The notes below the pieces were generated by a model. It worked only from the letters and a program-made list of their open reading frames with translations, was not told the origin of the DNA and did not search any database. A DNA stretch of 64,000 nucleotides from Azolla caroliniana. Lineage: Eukaryota > Plantae > Polypodiophyta. Positions 34,797-45,800 of this stretch are shown piece by piece. How positions within the stretch are numbered: position 1 is the stretch's first letter; every line of letters begins with the position of its first letter. The stretch is from assembly GCA_043228905.1 (NCBI GenBank), contig JBHGNT010000018.1:13330001-13394000 (forward strand), in the 5' to 3' direction. The position numbers and the translations under genes are program-made.

Positions 34797-36690
34797 CAGG
34801 CACTCCGAACTTATCTCAACGAGAACCTTGAAAAGGGTTTTATTCAACCCTCAAAATCACGATCAGGATCTCCTATTTTGTTTGTGAAAAAGAAAGATTG
34901 CTTCTTACACATCTGTGTGGACTATCGGGGTCTAAACAAGATTATTGTTCGCAACTGCTACCCACAACCTGTCATCCCAAAGTTGTTGGATCGACTCTGA
35001 ACTGGGAGGATCTTCTCAAAGATGGACCTACGGGGAACATACAATCTGGTACGGATCAAACCTGGAGATGAATGGAATGCCACCTTTAGAACGCGCTACG
35101 GTCCTTTCTAGTATAAGCTAATGCCTTTTGGCATCACTAATGCTCCTGCAGTATTTCAGCATATGATGAATGACATCTTCCGAGAATATCTAGATCACTT
35201 TGTTGTGATCTATCTAGATGATATCTTGGTCAACCTTCTTGGCAGACTATGATTTTGAGATGATCTTTGGACCCGGTGCTCAACACACGACGGCCGATGT
35301 CTTATCCCATCGGTCTGAGTTCGAGCTCACTCTAGAGGATGAAGCCTATTTTTAGCAATTCTACAACTTCGCGACTTGCTTGCTCTGGGATGACTCTTTG
35401 CTCAAGAAAATAGCAAAAGCCACTACGACTGACAAGTTCGCCCCAGAGGTCAAGGCAAGTATCACAAACCCCATCCACGAACCCAAAATGGTTGATTTAG
35501 CTCGTTTTACAATTCTAGATAATCTTTTGTTTCGAGATAATCTTTGTATGTCCCAGAAGGTCCTTGTCTGACCAAGGTGCTTCACGAGTGTCACGATGAT
35601 CCACTTGTTGGTCATTTTGGCGTTGCGGAAACCTTGGAGTTGATATCTCGGGGGTACTGGTGGCCACAACCATGAAATTTGGTCAAAGAGTTCGTTAAAT
35701 TATGCGACGTTTGCGCTCGCTCTAAAGCATCTCATCATCGACCATATGGTCTCCTTCACCCTCTCTGAATCCCCAAATGGCATTGGGCCTATCTTTCCAT
35801 GGATTTCATCACTAACCTTCCTTTTGTTGGTGGCTATGACTTGGTATTCGTCATGGGCGATTGCTTCATCAAGATGGCTCATTTTGCTCCATGTGCCAAA
35901 ACCATTACCGGAGTGGAGACAACTGATTTGTTTTTCAAAAATGTGTTTTGACTACATGGACTCCTGGACGATATCACTTCTGATCGAGGAGCACAATTTG
36001 TTTCCAATTTCTAGCGGCACCTTTTGCAAAACTTCGGTTGTATTGTGAATCTATCTTCTGCCCATCATCCGCAAACCGATGGACAAACGGAGTGAGTTAA
36101 TCAAATCTTGGAACATTACTTGTGGTGTTCTCTTAGCTACCAACAAGAGAATTGGGTTGACCTTCTCCCACTTGCCGAGTTCACCTACAACAACTCTTTG
36201 CATGCATCTATGGGAGTTACTCCATTTTCGCAAACTACGGTTTCCACCCCCGCTTCAACATTTCACTTCCCTCGGACTCTGTCAATCCTTGTGTAGACGA
36301 CCGAGAATGTCTCTTGGAGTATGTACATTGCCATCTTTCCTTCGAGCTGACCGTCTTCACTTAGATGCTCCCTGGTTCGAGGTAGGTGACTTTGTTTGGC
36401 TTCTCTGTCGCGATATTACCACCACTTGTCCTTGTCCGAAGCTTGATTACAAGAAGTTAGGCCCTTTCCAAATCATCGAGAAAATTGGAGAAGAATATGA
36501 GGTCGACCAAATTCTCAACTCTCGTCTCTTCCGTCGCCAGCTTCAATACCTTGTCCTCTAGAAAGGGTACCCGATCTCCAAAGCAACATGGGAGCCGACA
36601 CACCATCTCAAGCATGCCCTAGACATAGTTCGAGCATTTCATGAACACTATGCACAAAAACTAACCGTTGGTCCTAGGAGGCGGCCTTAG
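34797..36690 (+). pseudogene. Element B pol remnant (RT, integrase, chromodomain); RT C-terminus and most of RNase H deleted near 35232
   Basis: CVDYRGLN, then YLDDILV joined directly to DYDFEM; HPQTDGQ; EYEVDQILNSR. Confidence 0.9.
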
Positions 36691-36701
36691 AGGGAGGATA
36701 A

Positions 36702-37652
36702 TGTCATAGATAGGATGCCACATGGAATGGTGGGGGTTGAACCCATGACCTTCTGGTCTTATTGGGCAACCTCACTAGTTGAGCTACATCCATCTATGCA
36801 TTATTGCATTGTATAAGATTCAACTTATTTCATTATAGATTGACCAGTAGAACTTTCAAGAACCTTCTAGAGAATGCATCTTCATGCACTCTCTAGAAGT
36901 CTTCTAGCTTTCAAGCATGCCTCCACATTCTTTTATAAATACTAGGGTGCACCTTGATTACAATCAAGGTGAACAACAACCAATTACGAAAGCATAATTA
37001 AGTTCTTGTTCATTTGTCTATTTTCTCTCTCTCTTGCTTGTTCTCTTTTCTATGTGTTATGTACACATAACGTTGGTGAGGGTTGGTCACTAATATTTAC
37101 ATTAGTGAAGGGTATGTTCAATAATGTTAAAAAGGGGGCTAATGTGATTGGATAGAAGGAGTGATAAGTGCATGCACTATCATGATTTGGGCAACCAATG
37201 AATGGAGACCCTTTTAGAAAGGCACATCTATTCAAGGGGCCTAGGAAAAGGTATAAATATGAGGCTTAGCTACCCTCATAAGTACATTACGTCGGAAGGT
37301 TGTTGTCTTAGACACCGTTAGTGCGGGATAGGCTTTCGTCTCAACAATCATGTTTATCTCTTCCAAGGTATTAGTCATCCTAATATCCGGTGGTATGGGA
37401 TGTCGGTGGTAGGTTGGCTATGTCTAGATCATATCTCGAGGGTGGTCGGGTGGAACAAGTTCTTCTATCCATTCTATTTTCCTTCTTTTACTTTAGTTTG
37501 GTCTATTGATTAGTAATAGAGTCTTAACAATATGCTCTCTCTCCCACTACTCTTAATATTGAGCCTCGTCTACTTGTCCATGACAATCTTGTGATCTTCC
37601 TTATGCTCTCGCTCTCCCTTAGTACTTAGCCTCATTCCACCCGTTCGTGACA
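36702..37652 (+). repeat. 3' LTR of element B, interrupted by a solo LTR
   Basis: TGTCATA...CGTGACA; matches 7512-7931. Confidence 0.9.
37055..37529. mobile_element. Solo LTR inside the 3' LTR of B
   Basis: TGTTA...TAACA; TSD CTATG/ATATG; absent from the 5' LTR of B. Confidence 0.85.
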
Positions 37653-39429
37653 GATGGTATTAGAGTGGTTTTAATCCTAAAAATATAATGAATGATTGGA
37701 TTCGCATTGTGTGCGGAGTATGGGAAAATATGATTTTTTTTTACGTACTAATGTATGTTTAATGATGAATTGGGGAAGTGTCAAAAACGCCACGGAGATT
37801 CCGTGTGGGGGTGATATGTTGATGTGCGATTTATTGTAGGGGGTTATTTATAACAAAGGCCTTGTCACAACAAGATTTGTTTAATGGGTTGGTTAGTGGA
37901 TTCTTGCTATAACCTTAAAAGAAAAGGCGTTGACTTCGATCCACTGATGCACCAAAAAAAAAATCAAAGTCAAGGGGTTCAAAAAAAAGTTTTATAAAAG
38001 TAGTGTTATTATTATTATGTATTTGTTTTATGTTTAGATATTTAATATATATTTTATAAAATAAACACACCTTAGATATACTTATATTTTATTTCTCCTA
38101 TACCCCTCTTGATCTGATGGCCATGCCCATGAGGCGGCCTTACGTGTGGAGGTCGCATCTCTAGAGGTCGACCACCTAATATACTATAGGTGATGCTTGA
38201 TCATCTAATTTTCGATGATCTAATTAATGATCATCATATATATGGATAATGATCATTTTTAATCAATTTTATTATTGGCCGAAAGAACTAGGGTGATGAT
38301 TGTTGAATGTCAATAATCTATTGATCATCGACCCTAAGGTTTATTTGAATAGCCACAATCATCCATCACCACAGTGCATGTTAATTACGCAATGATGAAT
38401 GGATAAACCATAGATCATTAGTGTTTATGGATGGATTATATGGATGATTATATAGTTGATTATAAGGATGATACCATAATTATATGGATAAGATCATCAT
38501 CATTTATTAATCGATACGAAGGAGAGAGATGAGAATAGAAATTAATGTTTGAGATGGGATCATGAGTATGAGATGGATAGGAGGAATACTGGGATGAGGA
38601 GTAAAGAAATCATCATTATTGGGATGATCATCCTCATTATTGGGATGACCATCAACATTATTTGGTTAGTACAATGATTCTCAAGAGAGAAATATTGGGA
38701 TGATGAGTTAAGACATCATCATCATTTGGTTAGTACAGTGATTCTCAAGGAAGTCACCTAGTATCCCCACCGACTTCCAAAAAGGGGATGTTTATCTCTA
38801 AAATCTAGACTTGGATTTCTCATAACTAAAAAGGGAGAATTTCCTAGTTTGGAAGCATTCAAGAGATTAACCTTAGAGAGGTGGTGACCAACTATTCCTC
38901 ACCAACTTCCTAAAAGGGAAGGTATTGCTCCTAATGTCTAATCTTGGAATCCCTATAGATGAAAAGGGGATAAATGCCTAAATTGGACATATCTAGGGGA
39001 ATTTTTATTACTCATCGACTTCAGAAAATTGGGTATATAAGTATACCCATAGAATGAACGTGATACGTGCATTCGCATTCGAGAATGATGCAATCAAACG
39101 TGTATGGTAAATCATCTCAAAGTTGGATTGGATTGACTAGGGTCTATATTATATATTGATTCACTCTCAATCCCAATAACTAGACTTTAATCCATTGTGA
39201 ACCACCAACATAAGTATGGTTGCAATATTTGCATTGTATCAGATCATACTTTTGGGATGTGAATCAAGACATCTCTATCATCCTCACTTTAGAACTTTAC
39301 AAAAAAATGAGTATGAACTATAGAGATTGAATCAAAATATGTCATTATAAATTATAATCAAACGTTCAAAAACTCATAAAACGTATATTCGAGAAAACAT
39401 GAAGAAAACTCATAAAACGTATATTCGCA

Positions 39430-39925
39430 TTAGTAGCATAACAACTTACCAGTAGGGTGACCTAATTTCTAATAACAAAGAAAGAAAGAAAGAAAGAAAG
39501 AAAGAAAAGGGAACATGACACTAACATAAAAAAATTCCATGATATAGGCAGTAGTAGCATAACAACTTACCACTTGGGTGAGCTAATTTCTAATAACAAA
39601 GAAAGAAAGAAAAAGAAGAAAAAGGAACATGACACTAACATTAAATTTTGCCATGACACTAACAAAAGGATATGAGAAAGTTGAGAATTGAACCCAAGAC
39701 ACAAGTAATAGTAGCACAATAACTTACCACTAGGTTGTGCTTAGTTCTAATAATTAAAAACATAAAAGAAAAAACTATTATAATACTAAGATAAAATTTT
39801 GCTATGACATGGTACTAATGAGAGAGAGAGAGAAAGAGATGAGAAAATTGGGAATCAAACCCAAGACATTGACAACAATAGCATGACTCCTTACTACTAG
39901 GGTGAGGTGAATTGTAGTAATAATA
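39430..39925. repeat. Four diverged repeats (AGTAGCATAACAACTTACCA..GGGTG) with GAAA runs and B-box-like motifs
   Basis: Units near 39432, 39553, 39710 and 39879. Confidence 0.7.
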
Positions 39926-40159
39926 AATGAAAAAAAAGGAAAAAAAAGGAGCACGTATTTTTCCCATTTCAAACGTGTTTGTTTCCAAACGTTTGAATGC
40001 TTGCACGAACACGAATATTACGTTCTATGAGTATACCCACTCTCTCATGATCTATCACTCTTCACTTCCTCATCCAAATTCTAAAGTCTTTTATAACACT
40101 TTAATACTTTAGACTTTAGTATACTTATTTCTTTACTCTCTCAACTCTCCTTATTTTTC

Positions 40160-41140
40160 ATGGCTTCCTCCTCTCGCAATTACACACATCACACATCTTC
40201 CAACCATTGAAGTTTTTCGACACATCCCACATCTGCCAAGGTCATCCAATTTCTCCTATGGGAGATGAGGACAACCGACCAATATCTCCAGTTCGTGACG
40301 AGGATATTAATGACGATATCGAATTCATCACAAGGGATGATTTCCGTAAAACGTAAGACGATATTGTCAAGTCAATGATAATGGTCAAAACTACGTTCTC
40401 CTCCAAACTTGAAGGGCTTCTTGATGCCAATAGGCATCAGTTTGAAAACTTTCAACAACAAATTTGGAGCCCACACGTTTCCACATCAAGCAATACAAAG
40501 AAGTCGTCATTTACTCCTCAACAGTTCTCGGGAAGGGATAAGCAACGCAACCACGAGTTTGTGAGCAACTATTGGATAAACTGATGGAATGCTCCCTTTC
40601 ACCTTGAGAATTTTCAGAATGACTCTGAAAAGATTGATATGGCAGTTCGTGAGATGATCGGTGCCGCAAACTCTTGGTGGGAGCGGTTGGATAGAAAACC
40701 GGGAACGTGGGAGGCATTTGAAAAGACTCTCAGGATGGAATTTGTCTATCTCAAGTGATACATGATATGTGTCACTTGTTTGATAAGGGCAGGACTATTG
40801 ACCAATTCAATAAGTATTTCCGCAACTTGATAACAAAGCATGGACTTTTGTCGGCTTCTAATGAGGAAATATTGATAGGATTATATTATATTAATAGTTT
40901 ACATAATAAAGATTTTCATTATGAGATCCACGCTCATCAACCCAAGACTTTGGGAGAAGCGATGGAACGTGCCCGCATTCTATTTGACACAAAAGCTCGT
41001 TACCAACCAAAAGAGTCAGAAGGAGAAAGTGGTAAACGTAGATACCAACCTTCTTCAATATGCAAAGTGACAATGCGAAAAGGTGGGTAATAATCTGCAA
41101 CTTTTGTAAGAAGCTTGGGCGTAAAACTAACGAGTGTAGC
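40160..41140 (+). pseudogene. Degenerate gypsy-type gag
   Basis: PQQFSG, AANSWW, TWEAFEK, HQPKTLGEAMERA, and the knuckle remnant CNFCKKLGRKTNEC. Confidence 0.7.
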
Positions 41141-41569
41141 GGGACAGAGACAGAAAGGTATAAATCAATTGCATGTATATTACCTATCTCTCTCTTTCTC
41201 TCTTGCTCTCTCTTACTCCACCTTTGATTCTCTGTTTCCCCGCATTGTTCTTATTGTGTTCCCTCACTGCTTGATTTTTCTTGTTGTTTCCCTACGATCT
41301 CTGAACTCTGTATACACAGAGATTGTTGTTTCCCTTCTATGCTCGTTGTTCTTGTTGTTTCCCTACTGACTTCTTCTTTTTCTCTGAACTCTGTACGACC
41401 TCTTGCATATAGGTGATTTCCTCGGTTTGGTGTGCCACCAAGGTGAACACATCAACACGGTGTGGTACCTCTGCCTTGACCTTGGCTCGCATCGTTCCAT
41501 CTGCAACTTATACGAACTCCATGTATTTTATGTGCTACCTTTATGTTTTAGGGTTTGATTATTCATATT

Positions 41570-42792
41570 TGTTGAGAGACAAGCTCAACATTGGGTGCGT
41601 AAACGGGTACGTAACCTAGTACGTAGACTGGGTGCATAAATTTGTACGCAAAATATGGTCATAGCAGTATTTAAACCGAAAGGCCGTTAGAACATTATTC
41701 CTCATAAGGAATAGTTTTGGGAGTTAATGTAGAAGGCTCATTTATGAGCGGTCAAGTACTATCAGTACTTGTGTCAGCCCGATAGTCATGGCTTGTATAA
41801 AAGGTGCTCACAACGCACGAAATATGTACAAAGAATTATTTTAAATATAGTTTGTAGTTTCTGCTCTCTCTCTCTCTCTCTCCCTCTCTCTCTGTGATTT
41901 TTGAGTTTCACCGAATTGTCGTACTACCGAACTGTTGTCGTGGTGTGGCATGTGCACTATGAGAAAAAGTGAGGTCCCACACACATCTCATGAAATAATG
42001 TAGAAAAAAAATAGAAAAAAAGAAAAAAGAAACTTGTAGTAGCTTAGTGGTTAAGGCTTATAAGTATATGTAGAGAGGTGTAGAGTTTGAGTCTCTCTTC
42101 CTACAAATCATTTTGCTTCCCTTTCCTCTATAAGAGAGGAGCGATAGGACTTATTTGAGGGTCACCCATTCTGGCTTAGCGGTGTACCACTAGGGTTTCA
42201 TCTTGTTCTCCTCTTCTTCTTGGGTTAGGGTTTATAGCCTCCTTTTCTCCTTCTTCTTTTCCTTCTAGCGTTAGGGTTTGAGAGCTTCTTCTTTTCTCCT
42301 CAACATACTAGAGGACAAGATTTTAGGGTTTGAGAGTTTTGCTTCTAGTATTCTACTTCTTACCTGGGATATTTTAGGGTTTGGATTTCTTAAAGAATGG
42401 CTTCTTTGGCATCTCGGTGGTAGTCAACTCGATGGCCTGTTGCGGAAGGGAGGTTGTAGTGGCATGAGAGCTACTCTGAATCGAGGCAACATAGCCATCG
42501 GAAGTAGTCAAACTCAGAGCCCACTAGACTGACCTTTGCCGGTTTATTTATAACCGATTATTGTAATAACCACCAAAATCGTGGTGTCAAGCCTAACAAT
42601 TGTAAAAAAAGTATTTAAAAAACCCTAATTTATAACAAAACTTATGTTACATATTTCCCCATGTCTTTGGCTGAATATCCTACTTCCTCACTACTTTTGT
42701 CTCCCCGGTCCAAGGCCCCGACGGTCCCGTTCAAGCGACACAATGTACTCTATGTTCTTACGCATATGCTTCCACACACGTATTCTTTTACA
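41570..42792 (+). repeat. 5' LTR of element K, interrupted at 41936-42740
   Basis: TGTTGAGAGAC...TTACA; matches 49214-49594. Confidence 0.9.
41936..42740. mobile_element. Probable solo LTR inside the 5' LTR of K
   Basis: TGTCG...CGACA termini; absent from the 3' LTR of K; TSD degenerate. Confidence 0.75.
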
Positions 42793-42804
42793 TGGTATCA
42801 GAGC
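42793..42804 (+). promoter_or_regulatory. PBS (tRNA-iMet) of element K
   Basis: TGGTATCAGAGC directly after the LTR. Confidence 0.95.
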
Positions 42805-42895
42805 GCGAGGGTTGAGACTCCTCTGTAGCCGACAAAAAAGCTTGCAATAAAGACAGAGTTAAGTTATTGTTTTTCGGAAAGGTTAAGACATCAAC

Positions 42896-45800
42896 ATGGA
42901 CAGAGGAATGGGAAGCTCGCTACTGACTAAGGAGCTTGACAGGAGCAACTACGCATCTTGGTCGTAGAAGATGCACCAGTACCTGCTTGGTCATGGCTAT
43001 TGGAGTTATGTCCATGGAGCTAATGATGCAGCACCTGAATCGACACATAGAGACTTTTCAGCTTGGGAATAAGCGGCAAGCAGAGTTCTTTACTGCGTCA
43101 TGTCCTGTGTGAGCGACCAACTCTTGAGCTACATTCGGGATGCTAAGACGCCAAAGGACATGTGGAAGAATCTCAAGAGGATTTTTGCCGCTAGCACAAC
43201 GGCCAGAAAGTTGCAGCTCAGGCAGGAGCTCAGCAATGTCTGACAAAATGATCTGTTTGTGGCCGATTACACGGCCCGACTCAAGGAGATCTGCGATTCT
43301 CTCATCTCCTTCAACGTGAACGTTGAGGAGGAAGAAATGGTGCAGGATTGTCTTGGAGGGTTAGTGCCAAAGTTCTGAGCATTCCGGACGGCGGTTTGCA
43401 CAAGGGAGACTACGCCTTCATTCTTCGAGCTTCAATTGATGTTGCTCGTAGAGAAAAATCATGCACACTGACAGCAAGATGTTGTACACAGAGGAAGATA
43501 GGCCCCGTACTCGTGGCGGACGAGGCGGATCGGTGCGCATTGGAGGCGGCCGAAAAGAGTAGAACATGCGGCATAATCCAAATGCCAGAAGCAATTCCGA
43601 ACCTTCCGGAAGCAAGGGAAGTCACAGTAGTGCCGGAAGCCGGCAAGAGAAGGCCGCGACGGAATGCTGGTACTATGGCAAGAAAGGCCACAGGGAGAGT
43701 GAGTGCTGGAAGAAGAGAGCCTATTCGGACAAAGCTGAATCAAGCGGAAGAGGCGCAGGAAGGCATCAGAAATTGCACTACGCTGAAGGCTCCGAACGTG
43801 CCGGAAATGGATCGGGCCCAACCTTTGTGATGAACCAACCACAAGGCCAATTCGATGGTTGTGAACACCTTCAAATCAAGCGAGGTGTGGTATGTTGATT
43901 CAGGAGCGTCAAATCATATGACGAGTCATGAGGAATGGTTCTCATACTTGGAGAAATTGGAAAAACAAGGAGTGGTCAAAATAGGAGACGATACTCTGCA
44001 TACCATTGAACATGTCGGACAAGTTGCCCTCAGCCATGTCAGGCAGAAAGGGAAACTTATGAATGTGTTGCACGTCTCGACAATAACTAAGAACCTCGTG
44101 TCAGTTGAACATATCGTCAAACAGGGGTTGTAAGTTCGATTAACGCACCTTGGTTGCTACATCGAAGAGGAAGGGCAAGTTATTGTGCAAGGGCATCGTG
44201 AAGGGAGGATGTTTATCCTTGACACCAATCAACCTGGAACCGCACTATTCGCGAAAGGACAACAGGTCGAGTCGGACATCAACCTCTGGCATAAGCGGTT
44301 CGGCCACGTTAACTTCCCACGACTTCGTTAAATGCAAACAAAGAACATTGTGTTCGGCTTGCCGAAATTTCGGGGCCGTAATGGCCAAGTCTGCGAAGCC
44401 TGCCAACTCGGGAAGCAGCACCGACTTCCATTCACCAATGAGCCTAATCATAGTCGAAATCCGCTAGACTTGATCCACTCGGATGTGTGGGGACCTGCAC
44501 AAAACGTGAATCTCGGTGGAGGCCGTTACTTCGTAACCTTCATCAATGACTTCATTCAGCATACCTGAGCATGCTTGGTCACAGGAAGAGAGATGTCTTC
44601 GCGTGGTTCCTGAAGGTGAAAAACCTTGTGGAAAGGGAAACAGCGCATAAGATCAAGTGCCTACAGTCCAATGGTGGGAAGGAGTACTTCTCCAACTAGT
44701 TCATGAGTTATCTACAGAAAGAGGAAATTCGACGCGAATTCTCATGTAGATATACGCTGGAGCAGAACGGCGTAGCTGAACAGAAGAATCGGACAATCGA
44801 AGAAGCTGCCACCACATGAGTTGTATTACGGCAAGAAGCTAAACTTGACACACTTGAGGATTTTCGGCATCATTACGTATGTGCATGTGCTGAAGGAGAA
44901 GAGGGCGAAGTTGGATGCCAAAGTCGAAAAATGCATCTTAGTTGGCTATTCAAACGAGCAAAAGGGGTATAAGGGCTATAACCCCCGAATGAAAGAAGTT
45001 CGTGTAAGACGAGATGTAGTGTTCGACGCGTCCGCTTCCGGGTACTTGCCTTCACCTCCAACAGCTCAAGACTCCATTCCGAATTCTGAAGAGGAGGTCA
45101 GCGAGGCTGAGATACCTCTGCGTGATGAGGATATCGGAGCTTTGACAGAGAGTCCTATCTCATTTTGGCTAAGTGGGCCGAATGAGGAGTTGGACTGGAA
45201 TGGCCAACCAAATGAAGAGTCGGCGAGTAGTGGAGACTCAACCGTGTTTTCCTCGCGTAGAGAACCGAGGAGACGGTTTACGCGTAAAGAGAAAGGGAAA
45301 AAGAAAATGTCAAAGTATGATTTCGGCAATGCCGAGTCAAATCAGGGCGAATCTGACTTCGGGCCAATAAAAAAGGAACCTCCACGGAAGGGGTCAAAAT
45401 CGACTGAAAAGGTCGCGAAATCGGGTAATCACAAATTATGCCGATCTACCCGCCTGAAGAACCCTATAAAGAGGTACAGGGATAATGAATACATGGTGCA
45501 CCATTGCATGTACATGACACGAGTGGCAGAAGTACATGAGCCGGAGAGCTACTTAGAAGCAGTGAAAGACACCAATTGGCGTGCCACGATGGAGGAAGAG
45601 AAGCGTGCTTTATTTAATGGACAATGAGACTTGGGACTTGGTTGATGTATTGAAAGGTGTAAAGCCGATCAAATGTAGATGGGTGTATTAGGTAAAATAC
45701 AACACCAACGGCTCTGTCAACTGATATAAGGCCTGTTTGGTTGCGAAAGCCTACGCGTAGAAGCACGACGTAGACTACGACGAGACCTTCGCACTAGTCA

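Larger units (their letters stand above)
7512..37652 (+). mobile_element. Element B: Tcn1/Tf1-type chromovirus carrying nested E, F, J and a solo LTR
   Basis: Matching LTRs 7512-7931 and 36702-37652; TSD TATGG/GATGG; gag-PR at 7965-9377; RT-INT-chromodomain at 29132-29308 and 34797-36690; PPT AGAGGGAGGATAA at 36689-36701. Confidence 0.9.
37653..41140 (+). mobile_element. Internal region of element C (long AT-rich leader, then degenerate gag)
   Basis: Starts with the PBS remainder TGGTATTAGAG; gag-like sequence at 40160-41140; no 3' LTR in the window. Continuity across the leader is inferred. Confidence 0.55.

Noticed and set aside
42034-42106. Functional tRNA gene (also 36723-36794)
   Set aside because: Anticodon and acceptor arms are degenerate and both lie inside LTRs; kept only as tRNA-like.
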